A stretch of DNA of 64,000 bases, from contig CAVPNL010000001.1 of the NCBI GenBank assembly GCA_963706575.1, forward strand, positions 224,001 to 288,000. The letters are read 5' to 3'. This stretch comes from an uncultured delta proteobacterium (lineage in GTDB: Bacteria > Desulfobacterota > Desulfobacteria > Desulfobacterales > JAHEIW01). Shown here in pieces: positions 27,537 through 36,312 of the stretch (positions are counted from its first letter, which is position 1; every line of letters begins with the position of its first letter). A model generated the notes under the pieces. The model was given only the letters and a program-made list of their open reading frames with translations, was not told where the DNA came from and searched no databases. The position numbers and the translations under genes were made by a program.

Positions 27537-29207
27537 TCATATGTATGTCGATGCCTGAAATTCACCCCATTTTTCGCGCATGACGCTGCAGATCTCACCG
27601 ATGGTGGCATAGCTTTTAACGGCTTCGATGATATGGGGCATGAGGTTTTCGTTTTTATCAATGGCCAGTGCAAGGCCGGTCAGTTGTTTTTGCACATCGT
27701 CGGCATTTCTGCCGGCTCTAATCGCGGCGACCTTTTGCTTCTGGCTGCCTTCAACACGATCATCAAGTTCGAAAATTTCCTGACCTTCCAAATCGTTTTC
27801 AGATGGCATACCATATTTGTTCAATCCGACGATGACACGCTCGCTGCTATCTACACGTTTTTGAAATTGTACACTTGATTCCTGAATTTCTTTAAAAACA
27901 TATCCATTTTCAATGGCTCCGAGCATGCCGCCCATGGCATCGATTTTTTCCAAGTATGCTGCTGCCTGCTGTTCGATTTCATTGGTGAGGGATTCTACAA
28001 AATAGGAACCGGCCAGCGGGTCGATGGTGTTGCCGAGGCCGCATTCGTGCGCCAGGATCTGTTGGGTCCTGAGCGCAATCCGGGCGGAATCCTCGGAAGG
28101 AATTGCGTAACCCTCGTCCCAGCAGGCCGTATGAATGGCCTGATTGCCGCCCAAGATGCCCATTAAAGCATGCATTGCCACCCTGACAATATTGTTGATA
28201 GGCTGCTGCGGAACCAAGGTTGAGCCGCAGGATCCGGTGAAGATCCGGAACAGCTGACTTTTGGGATTTTCGGTCTGGAAGCGTTCGCGCATGATTTTTG
28301 CGTATAATCTGCGGGCGGCTCGATATTTGGCGATTTCCTCGAAAAAATCCATGTAGCATCCCAGGCTGTAGGACAAACGCGGCGCAAAATAATCCACCTC
28401 CAGACCCCGCTCCTGAGCCTTCTCAATATAGGTGATGGTGTCAGCCAACGTAAAGGCAAGTTCCTGGATGGCGTTGGCACCGGCTTCTCTGAAATGGTAG
28501 CCGGTTATGTTGAGTGTGTTCCATCTTGGAACGTGATGGGCGCAATGCTCCACGATGTCCAAAACCAGTTTGATGCTGGGCTCCGGGGGGAAGATATAAG
28601 TGCCCCGGGCGATGAACTCTTTCAAAATGTCGTTCTGGGTGGTGCCCATAAGTTTTTCGGGAGAAACGCCCTGCTTTTCACCCACGGCAATGTACATGGC
28701 CAGCAGAATCGTGGCCGGCGCATTGATGGTCATGGAGGTCGAGACCTTATCAAGGGGAATACCCTGAAAAATAATCTCCATGTCGGCTAAAGAATCCACG
28801 GCGACTCCCACGCGGCCGACAGACCCCTCTGATAGGGGATCATCCGAGTCGTAGCCTAATTGGGTCGGCAGATCGAAGGCGATGGACAAGCCTTTCATAC
28901 CTTGATCCAAAAGATAGCGGAAACGATGATTCGTGTCTTCAGCTTTACCGAAACCGGCATAATTGCGCATGGTCCAGAGGCGCCCGCGATACATGCTGGG
29001 ATAAACGCCGCGAGTGTAAGGGTACTGACCGGGATATCCCAGTGCCTCGTCGTAGTCCATGCCCTCCAGATCCTGCGGGGAGTACAACCGCTTAACCGCG
29101 ATACCGCTTTCGGTCGTGAATTCTTCCTGTCTTTCAGGAGATCGGTCCAACACTTTTTTAAGTGTTGTGTTTTCCCATTGTTCCAGACTTTCTGTATTTT
29201 GTTTCAT
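27537..29207 (-). CDS. Acyl-CoA mutase large subunit, methylmalonyl-CoA-mutase family with divergent pocket
   Basis: PGQYPYTRG, WTMRNYAGFG, GLSIAFDLPTQLGYDSD, STSMTINA, QNDILKEFIARGT, GYHFREAGA, DPLAGSYFVE. Confidence 0.95.
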   Translation of the reverse strand: MKQNTESLEQWENTTLKKVLDRSPERQEEFTTESGIAVKRLYSPQDLEGMDYDEALGYPGQYPYTRGVYPSMYRGRLWTMRNYAGFGKAEDTNHRFRYLLDQGMKGLSIAFDLPTQLGYDSDDPLSEGSVGRVGVAVDSLADMEIIFQGIPLDKVSTSMTINAPATILLAMYIAVGEKQGVSPEKLMGTTQNDILKEFIARGTYIFPPEPSIKLVLDIVEHCAHHVPRWNTLNITGYHFREAGANAIQELAFTLADTITYIEKAQERGLEVDYFAPRLSYSLGCYMDFFEEIAKYRAARRLYAKIMRERFQTENPKSQLFRIFTGSCGSTLVPQQPINNIVRVAMHALMGILGGNQAIHTACWDEGYAIPSEDSARIALRTQQILAHECGLGNTIDPLAGSYFVESLTNEIEQQAAAYLEKIDAMGGMLGAIENGYVFKEIQESSVQFQKRVDSSERVIVGLNKYGMPSENDLEGQEIFELDDRVEGSQKQKVAAIRAGRNADDVQKQLTGLALAIDKNENLMPHIIEAVKSYATIGEICSVMREKWGEFQASTYI

Positions 29208-29251
29208 AATTAAAACCTATGGAAAAAAACATCTAAAAATATTTACGAACC

Positions 29252-29962
29252 CTAAACTCGTGCGGACCCGGTGCTGTCATATTCTTCATCTGTCAATGCT
29301 CGAATGACAAGGTCTCTGGCCTTTTGTATATGGCTTCGCATTAATTCGCTGCTGCCGATGATATCTTTGTTTTTCATCTTACTGACAAGACGATTGTGTT
29401 CATCAACTGCAACGGCCATTCGTTGGATATCGTAATTCTCCAACCGGGCTCGCAGGTAAATGTGCTCAAAATTCCTTTTCAGCAGCCATTTGAGGACGTT
29501 GTTCTTCGTCATGGCTGCGATTTGAAGATGAAACGCAGAATCCAGTAAAAATTTTTTGCGGGTGTAGTAATGGGGTTGATAAGCAGCATGTTCGCGGAGC
29601 TTATTCTCCAGTTCTTGGATATCACCATTATCGGAAAGTTTGATTGCCTGTTCAACGGTGTAAACTTCCAATGCTTCTCTAACCCCGAATGCATCCCAAA
29701 CTTCCTGCAGGTCAATGGGTCGTACGTAAAATCCGCGGAAGCTCTCAAATGCGACAAATCCTTCTTGAACCAGACGATTCAGAGCATTGGTAATCGGAGT
29801 ACGTGACATGTTGAATTTATCGACGAGGTCCTGATTGACGAGTCGTTGACCGGGGATAAGCTTTTGATCAAAAATCATCTGCTTTATCAGGCGGTAGGCT
29901 TCCTCAATCCTTGTGATCGAATTGTTGGGGTGATCTGCTTTTTGAATCATTTTGATTGACAT
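29252..29962 (-). CDS. GntR/FCD-family transcriptional regulator
   Basis: AYRLIKQMI..LIPGQRL..MSRTPITNALNRLVQEG; FCD motifs VREALE, D.AFH, EH. Confidence 0.95.
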   Translation of the reverse strand: MSIKMIQKADHPNNSITRIEEAYRLIKQMIFDQKLIPGQRLVNQDLVDKFNMSRTPITNALNRLVQEGFVAFESFRGFYVRPIDLQEVWDAFGVREALEVYTVEQAIKLSDNGDIQELENKLREHAAYQPHYYTRKKFLLDSAFHLQIAAMTKNNVLKWLLKRNFEHIYLRARLENYDIQRMAVAVDEHNRLVSKMKNKDIIGSSELMRSHIQKARDLVIRALTDEEYDSTGSARV

Positions 29963-30145
29963 CGTTACGAACCACCTTTAAGGCGAAACTAATTAAAAAA
30001 TTAAATGCAATATTAAATCCAATAATAGGGGTCTGTCAAGAAAAAAAACCGGATCGCAAAAAATGTCTAAATTCATTATATTTGTTATTAAATTAGTATT
30101 ATATGGTTGAAATATAAAAATTGAAACTGCGAAATAATTTTTTTC

Positions 30146-30172
30146 TTGACAATCAATTTAATAGAATATAAT
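30146..30172 (+). promoter_or_regulatory. Possible sigma70 promoter for the epimerase operon
   Basis: TTGACA at 30146 and TATAAT at 30167 in an AT-rich divergent spacer, but the spacing is only 15 nt. Confidence 0.35.
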
Positions 30173-30290
30173 TCAAAATTGAATTCAATTTTATGGCATA
30201 ACCGACCGGATCTTGAACAACTCACTTGGGTGATGGTTTTGCGGTTACGCAACTGACAATGGGAAAGTGCCTCACACAGGAGAATACGCT

Positions 30291-30686
30291 ATGATTAAGA
30301 AAATCAAGCATATTGGGGTTGCCGTCGATGACTTGCAAACAGCCAGAGATTTTTTCCAGGAAACGTTTGACCTATCCACTTCAGATCAGGAAAATTTCGG
30401 TGAACTTCTATTTTCTTTTATCCCCATGGAAGGAACGAATCTGGAACTTCTTCAATCCACTCAAACCGATGGTCAGATTGCAAAATTTATTCAAAAAAGA
30501 GGGCAGGGGATTCACCACATTGCCCTGGAGGTGGATGACGTCCAGGTTGAGTTGGACCGCCTTAAGGCCAAAGGGCTGAAGCTTATTAACGAGAAACCGT
30601 ATCGCAATGCCCATCAGGATCTGGTCGCATTTATACATCCCAAAAGCACATTCGGGGTCTTGATAGAATTAATTCAGACGGACTAA
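30291..30686 (+). CDS. Methylmalonyl-CoA epimerase family protein (VOC)
   Basis: KHIGVAV, LELLQ, KFIQKRGQGIHHIALEVDD, AFIHPKSTFGVLIEL. Confidence 0.9.
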   Translation: MIKKIKHIGVAVDDLQTARDFFQETFDLSTSDQENFGELLFSFIPMEGTNLELLQSTQTDGQIAKFIQKRGQGIHHIALEVDDVQVELDRLKAKGLKLINEKPYRNAHQDLVAFIHPKSTFGVLIELIQTD

Positions 30687-30725
30687 GTCGAAAAATACAT
30701 TTCTAAGCAATGAAAGATTAATGAC

Positions 30726-32291
30726 ATGGCACAGAAAAAGACCTGGGAAAAAGAGCTTAAAAAGTTTCATGCCAGAGAGAAGGAAGCCCAACTGGGCGGC
30801 GGGGAAGCACGTTTGCAAAAGCTCAGGGAAAAGGGCATTTTGACCGCCCGCGAACGCATCGACTATATTCTGGATGCGGGTAGCTTTGTAGAGCTCAATA
30901 TGATGGCCGAACACCAGTGCCGCGATTTCGGAATGGACAAGAAAAAATTTGCAGGCGACGGTGTTGTCACCGGCTATGGGACAATCGCCGGCCGCAAACT
31001 CTTCATTTATTCAGAAGACGCTACTGTTTTAGGAGGATCGACCGGAAAGACCCATGGTGCCAAAATTCATTACATTCTCAAGCTGGCCCGGGAGAATATG
31101 GTGCCGGTCATTTGTCTGAACGCATCGGCCGGAGCCCGTATCCAGGAAGGCATGGACAATGTCTATGGAATTACAGGAATGTTTTACCAGAATTCACTCA
31201 ACTCCGGTGTCGTTCCCCAAATTGCTGCAATTATGGGCGCCTGCACCGGCGGTGCGGCCTATTCGGCGGCGTTGTGTGACTTCATCGTCCAGGTGGAAAA
31301 AACAGCGCATGTCTTTATTACCGGACCGGCGGTTATTAAAGAAGTTACCGGAGAGGAAGTTTCGTTTGAAGAATTGGGAGGCGCCAAGGTTCACAGCACC
31401 AAGTCCGGTGTCGTTCATCTGGCAGCCAAAGATGACAGGCACTGCCTGGACCTGATCAAAGGCCTACTGGATTATCTTCCTCAAAATAACCGGGAAAAAC
31501 CGGCCCCTAAATCCTGCACGGATCCTGTTGCTAGGGAAGTGCCGGAACTCATCGACATGGTTCCCATCCAAATGTCCAAGACGTATGATATGAAGCAGGT
31601 TATTCGTGCGATTGTGGATGAAGGTGATTTTTTTGAAATCCATGCCGTCTTCGCCATGAATATGGTGGTCGGATTTGCGCGCATGGGAGGACGCGTGGTC
31701 GGCTTGGTCGCCAACAATCCTCGTTTTATGGGCGGCTGCCTGGATATCAATTCTTCCGACAAAGCCGCCCGTTTCATTCGAACCTGCGATGCGTTTAATA
31801 TCCCGATCATCTCTCTTGTTGACGTGCCCGGATTCCTGCCGGGACTCGATCAGGAACACAACGGCATCATTCGCCACGGGGCGAAAATGCTCTATGCCTG
31901 GACCGAGGCAACGGTGCCAAAGATTTCGTGTATACTCAGAAAAATGTATGGCGGGGCGATTCCCGCCATGGGGGTTCACCAGATCGGCTTTGACCAGGTC
32001 TTTGCCTGGCCTTCGGCGGAAATGCAAATGGTGGGTGCCGAGCCGTCAGTGAAAATTCTCTATCGCCGGGAACTTGAACAGGCTGAGGAGCCGGCTGCCT
32101 ATCTGGAGCAAAAAATTAAGGAGTATCAAGAACTTTACCTGACCCCTTATCACTCGGCTTCGCGTTCCGTCATCGACGCCGTTATTCATCCCAGGGACAC
32201 CCGCAAAAAAATAATTTCAGCACTGAGTATTTTAGAAGACAAAGCTGAAACACCGAGACAATTTCGCAAACATGGAAATATACCTTTATAA
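30726..32291 (+). CDS. Acyl-CoA carboxyltransferase (PccB/MmdA/12S-like)
   Basis: LTARERID, GDGVVTGYG, GARIQEG, GGAAYS, LGGA.VH, DVPGFLPG.DQE..GIIRHGAK, RKHGNIPL. Confidence 0.95.
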   Translation: MAQKKTWEKELKKFHAREKEAQLGGGEARLQKLREKGILTARERIDYILDAGSFVELNMMAEHQCRDFGMDKKKFAGDGVVTGYGTIAGRKLFIYSEDATVLGGSTGKTHGAKIHYILKLARENMVPVICLNASAGARIQEGMDNVYGITGMFYQNSLNSGVVPQIAAIMGACTGGAAYSAALCDFIVQVEKTAHVFITGPAVIKEVTGEEVSFEELGGAKVHSTKSGVVHLAAKDDRHCLDLIKGLLDYLPQNNREKPAPKSCTDPVAREVPELIDMVPIQMSKTYDMKQVIRAIVDEGDFFEIHAVFAMNMVVGFARMGGRVVGLVANNPRFMGGCLDINSSDKAARFIRTCDAFNIPIISLVDVPGFLPGLDQEHNGIIRHGAKMLYAWTEATVPKISCILRKMYGGAIPAMGVHQIGFDQVFAWPSAEMQMVGAEPSVKILYRRELEQAEEPAAYLEQKIKEYQELYLTPYHSASRSVIDAVIHPRDTRKKIISALSILEDKAETPRQFRKHGNIPL

Positions 32292-32314
32292 AAGTATAAA
32301 AAAGGAATGCGCAT

Positions 32315-33166
32315 ATGAAATTAAATACGATTGGTGTTATCGGGGCAGGGATTATGGGCAGTGGTGTCGCCCAGGTCAGCGCTGCTGCCGGTTATTTCGC
32401 AGTGGTTCAGGATACAGATGATTCTGCTCTTGAATGGTCGAAATCCGGGATAGAAAACAGTCTGAAAAAACTGGCCGAAAAAGGCAAGATTTCCGAGAAG
32501 GACCTTCAAGTGACAATGGGGCGTATTCAATATACGACCGAACTGAAAAAAGCCTGTGAGGATGCCGACCTTGTCGTAGAAGCTGTGTTCGAAAACCTTG
32601 CGGTAAAGCATGAACTTTTTGAAAAGATGGAGAACATCGCCAAACCGGATGCAATTTTAGCGTCGAATACGTCTGCTATACCCATTACGGAAATAGCATC
32701 GCTTTGCAGCAGGGGGGATAAAATAATCGGAATCCATTTCATGAATCCGGTGCCCTTGATGAAAGGTGTTGAAATTATCCGGGCGCAGCTGACATCGGAT
32801 GAAACATTTGAGACGGCACTGAATTACATCCGCAGTTTGGGAAAAGAGCCCATACCGGCGGTTGATTATGCGGGATTCATTGTCAGCAGACTCGTGGATG
32901 TTTTGATGAATGAGGCCGTCAAGATGGTTCAGGAAGGCAATCGACCGCAAGACATCGACAAAGCCATGGAATTGTGTGCCGGTCATCCCATGGGCCCCTG
33001 CAAACTGCTGGATCTGGTCGGGGCCGAAATTGCCATGCACGGCATGGAGACCATGGCGCGGGATTTCGGAGATGGCTACAAGCCCCACCCTTTGTTGAAA
33101 AAGAGGGTGCTCGCGGGCTTGCTCGGCAAAAAATCAGGCAGGGGATTCTATGATTATAAGCATTGA
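32315..33166 (+). CDS. 3-hydroxyacyl-CoA dehydrogenase, Hbd-like
   Basis: GAGIMGSG, VEAVFE, ASNTS, GIHFMNPVPLM, HPMGP, LGKKSGRGFY. Confidence 0.95.
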   Translation: MKLNTIGVIGAGIMGSGVAQVSAAAGYFAVVQDTDDSALEWSKSGIENSLKKLAEKGKISEKDLQVTMGRIQYTTELKKACEDADLVVEAVFENLAVKHELFEKMENIAKPDAILASNTSAIPITEIASLCSRGDKIIGIHFMNPVPLMKGVEIIRAQLTSDETFETALNYIRSLGKEPIPAVDYAGFIVSRLVDVLMNEAVKMVQEGNRPQDIDKAMELCAGHPMGPCKLLDLVGAEIAMHGMETMARDFGDGYKPHPLLKKRVLAGLLGKKSGRGFYDYKH

Positions 33167-33217
33167 AGCTGCTTTTCATGAACAGGCGATTTTCTAGTGT
33201 GGAAAGGGCAACAAATA

Positions 33218-33991
33218 ATGGGTAAACTTAAACTTTTTGATTTAAGCGGTAAAGCAGCTATCGTCACCGGCGGTGGGAGAGGACTGGGATTTGCCCTGGC
33301 TGAAGCTCTGGCGGAAGCCGGCTGTGATCTCATGCTTTGTTCCAGAAAAGCAGTCAATTGTGAAGCAGCCGCCCGCAAACTGGAGCAACTGGGCGTTACT
33401 GCTGTCGGCAAAAAGTGTGATGTTACAGATTCTTCCGATGTAGCTGAGCTACGGGACGCGTCTTTGAAGGTGTTCGGCAAGATTGATATCCTCATCAACA
33501 ACTCCGGAGCTGCCTGGGGCGCAGCGACGGAAGACTATCCCCTTGAAGGCTGGCAAAAGATTATCAATGTCAATGTTACCGGGACGTTTTTGTGCTCCCA
33601 AATCATCGGTAAATCCATGATCAGTAAAGGCAAAGGGAAAATCATAAACTTGAGCTCTGTATTCGGCACCGTCGGCGCGCCATCCAATGTTATGGATGCC
33701 ATCGCCTATAATACGAGCAAGGGGGCTGTGGAAGCCTTTACCAAAGATCTGGCCGTCAAATGGGCAAAACATCAAATTTGCGTCAATACAATCGCACCGT
33801 CGTTTATCGAGACCGACCTGACGCGTGAGACCATGCAAAAGGGCGGCAAGCACATCCTCGATCTAGTGCCCATGGGACGATTTGGCGTACTCGAAGATCT
33901 TAAGGGTGCCGCCATTTTTTTGAGTTCCGCCGCCTCTGATTATATCACCGGAACGACGATTTATGTTGATGGCGGTTACAGGGCGATGTAG
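33218..33991 (+). CDS. SDR oxidoreductase, gluconate-5-dehydrogenase-like
   Basis: TGGGRGLG, NNSG, YNTSK, YITG..YVDGG. Confidence 0.9.
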   Translation: MGKLKLFDLSGKAAIVTGGGRGLGFALAEALAEAGCDLMLCSRKAVNCEAAARKLEQLGVTAVGKKCDVTDSSDVAELRDASLKVFGKIDILINNSGAAWGAATEDYPLEGWQKIINVNVTGTFLCSQIIGKSMISKGKGKIINLSSVFGTVGAPSNVMDAIAYNTSKGAVEAFTKDLAVKWAKHQICVNTIAPSFIETDLTRETMQKGGKHILDLVPMGRFGVLEDLKGAAIFLSSAASDYITGTTIYVDGGYRAM

Positions 33992-34021
33992 GCCTGCAAG
34001 TTGGAAGGCGGGGTCCTAAAC

Positions 34022-34167
34022 TAGAACCTATCTCAAAAATGTCTTTTGGCCCAATATCTTTGTAGGAGCCTCGTTTAAAATCCTCGACATACAACAGTAT
34101 GCCTCCGGTTTTAAACTCGACTCCGCCGCGATCTTGAACCAAAATCCTATTTTTGAGATAGGTTCTA
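34022..34167. mobile_element. MITE-like element, family B, copy 2
   Basis: Perfect 19-bp terminal inverted repeat TAGAACCTATCTCAAAAAT; body colinear with 15142-15288. Confidence 0.85.
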
Positions 34168-34194
34168 TTGAATGCATGTATTTGGAGAAATTGA

Positions 34195-35982
34195 ATGACT
34201 GAAAATATGAGCGGCGGCCATTTCCTTATTCAATCGACCTCGCAGACAGCGATCTTCACCCCGGAAGATTTTACCAAAGAGCATAAAGCGATTGCCAAAT
34301 CAGTGAAAGAGTTTGTAGCCGGGGAAATTCAAAGTCGAGGGGATGAGATTGAGCATGTTAACAATGAACTCAGCCGTGAGTTAATGAGAATCGCCGGGGA
34401 AATTGGACTTCTGGCGGCGGATGTCCCTGAAGAGTACGACGGCATGGCTTTGGATAAAATCAGTTCCCTGATAATATCGGATTTTCTGGGAGAAGGCGCC
34501 GGTTCATTTACGATCACCGAACTCAATCATACCGGTATCGGCACACTGCCCGTGGCTTTTTTCGGCACCGAAGATCAAAAAAAGAGATATCTTCCGGGGC
34601 TTTCATCCGGAGAATTGATCGGAGCCTTCGGTCTGACGGAACCGGATGCGGGATCGGATGCCTTGAACGCTAACACTACAGCTGAATTGAGTGAGGACGG
34701 AAAATACTACATCCTCAACGGCACCAAGGCGTTTATTACCAATGCGGGGTTTGCCGATCTCATATTTGCCTTCGCAAAAGTGGACGGCAAAGCGTTTACC
34801 GCTTTTATTGTCGAATTTGACTCCGACGGGCTTTCAGTCGACGCCGAAGAAGTCAAGATGGGTATGAAGGGGACATCCACCCGTTCCGTTATATTCAAGA
34901 ACGTAAAGGTGCCGGCGGATAATGTGTTGGGAGAAGTGGGCCGGGGACATGTGGTGGCTTTGAATGCGCTGAATATGGGCCGATTCAAAGTCGGAGCGGT
35001 GTGCATCGGAAATGCACGCAACACATTCAACGAAGCCGTCGCCTACGCGCGGCAGAGAGTCCAGTTCGGTTCGCCGATTTGTGAATTTGGCCTGATAAAA
35101 GAAAAGGTCGGGCAAATGGCGGCGAGCGTGTTTGCCGGTGAAAGTATGATGTATCGCACCGCCCATTTGATTGACCGGTTGATCAAAAGCGGCAGTCAAA
35201 CGGATAGTAATATCGGCCAATTAACTGCCGCTGCTTTGGAAGAATATTTGATTGAATGTTCAATCATGAAAATATACGGTTCCGAAACCCAGGGATTTGT
35301 TGCCGATGAGTCTGTTCAGATTTTCGGGGGCTATGGCTACATTTATGAAAATCCGGCTGAACTGGCTTTTCGCAATGCCCGCATTAACAGGATCTGGGAG
35401 GGAACCAACGAGATCAATCGTATTACCGTTACCAATACCCTGCTCAAACGGAGCGCTAAGGGCCGGCTCGACTTGGACATCGACATGCCTGCGTTATCCC
35501 GTGAAATCATGGGATTCCAGCCTGTCACCTCCGACAATCCCGAAACCCTTGAAACCCAGGAGCAAATGTTGGGTGTTGCCAAATATATCACACGGTGGTT
35601 GATCGGGATGACGTTCGAACGATTTGAGAAGGGCCTAAGAAACCAACAGGAACTGGCCGGCATAATCTGTGACATGCTGATTGAAATCTATGCCTTCGAG
35701 AGTGCCTACTTACGGGCTCGGCAAATGAATGTGAAACAAAAGGGGCGCGGGAGGGCGACGGCGTTGAAGATTACCAAAGTTCTGTCAGCCCGATTTTACG
35801 ACAAGCTTGGCTCTCTCACCTGCCGCGCTCTACCGGCACTAGCGGATGATAAATCGTTGCCGGAAAAATTGGCTCTGGCGGGAACCCTGCTTTGCCCACC
35901 GCCGATCGATACGATAATCCTGAATCGACAAATTGCCGAAAAGTGCGTTCAAAAGAAAGGCTATCCCTTTAAAGTGGCTTGA
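34195..35982 (+). CDS. Acyl-CoA dehydrogenase, long form with C-terminal extension
   Basis: FTPEDFT, HTGIGTLP, GLTEPDAGSDA, LNGTKAFITN, KMGMKGTST, QIFGGYGY, RINRIWEGTNEINR. Confidence 0.95.
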   Translation: MTENMSGGHFLIQSTSQTAIFTPEDFTKEHKAIAKSVKEFVAGEIQSRGDEIEHVNNELSRELMRIAGEIGLLAADVPEEYDGMALDKISSLIISDFLGEGAGSFTITELNHTGIGTLPVAFFGTEDQKKRYLPGLSSGELIGAFGLTEPDAGSDALNANTTAELSEDGKYYILNGTKAFITNAGFADLIFAFAKVDGKAFTAFIVEFDSDGLSVDAEEVKMGMKGTSTRSVIFKNVKVPADNVLGEVGRGHVVALNALNMGRFKVGAVCIGNARNTFNEAVAYARQRVQFGSPICEFGLIKEKVGQMAASVFAGESMMYRTAHLIDRLIKSGSQTDSNIGQLTAAALEEYLIECSIMKIYGSETQGFVADESVQIFGGYGYIYENPAELAFRNARINRIWEGTNEINRITVTNTLLKRSAKGRLDLDIDMPALSREIMGFQPVTSDNPETLETQEQMLGVAKYITRWLIGMTFERFEKGLRNQQELAGIICDMLIEIYAFESAYLRARQMNVKQKGRGRATALKITKVLSARFYDKLGSLTCRALPALADDKSLPEKLALAGTLLCPPPIDTIILNRQIAEKCVQKKGYPFKVA

Positions 35983-36007
35983 TCTGCTTTACTCCTGCCT
36001 GCAATAT

Positions 36008-36111
36008 GAAAAGGGTATTGCCGAGGCAGCCAGGGCAGCAGTTAAGAATTCAAAACCGGTGCGCATGAATGCGTATAAAGGTGGAAATAACGCAAACCTT
36101 GGTAAAAAGAG
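36008..36111 (+). pseudogene. Frameshifted relic of the 3' end of an XDH FAD-subunit gene
   Basis: Colinear with 22997-23099 (EKGIAEAA.AAVK..KP.RMNAYK), with an extra A in GCGTATAAAGGTGG. Confidence 0.85.
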
Positions 36112-36125
36112 ATCTGCTTTTTGGC

Positions 36126-36154
36126 TTGACAACAAATTCTTCGGACGGTAGCCT
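36126..36154 (+). promoter_or_regulatory. Putative sigma70 promoter for the first hcr-like triad
   Basis: TTGACA-N17-TAGCCT. Confidence 0.5.
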
Positions 36155-36312
36155 ACCGGCGTTCTTTTATGTATGCAGGAGCAACTGATAGCTGATGCTC
36201 CCGTTTACGTGCACTCACTGTCAAAAAGAATTCATTCCGGAGCCATCCGGTTTATTCCCCCATTCTTTTGTTGTTACGATAACCTCTCATCTGGAGAAGA
36301 AGGTACCTGATT

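Noticed and set aside
27039..30290. Cobalamin riboswitch near the mutase genes
   Set aside because: No B12-box or recognisable conserved core seen in the spacers; an Rfam scan would be decisive.
35933..36151. 72-aa ORF as a real gene
   Set aside because: It is a chimera of an alternate frame of the acyl-CoA dehydrogenase end and the frameshifted FAD-subunit relic.
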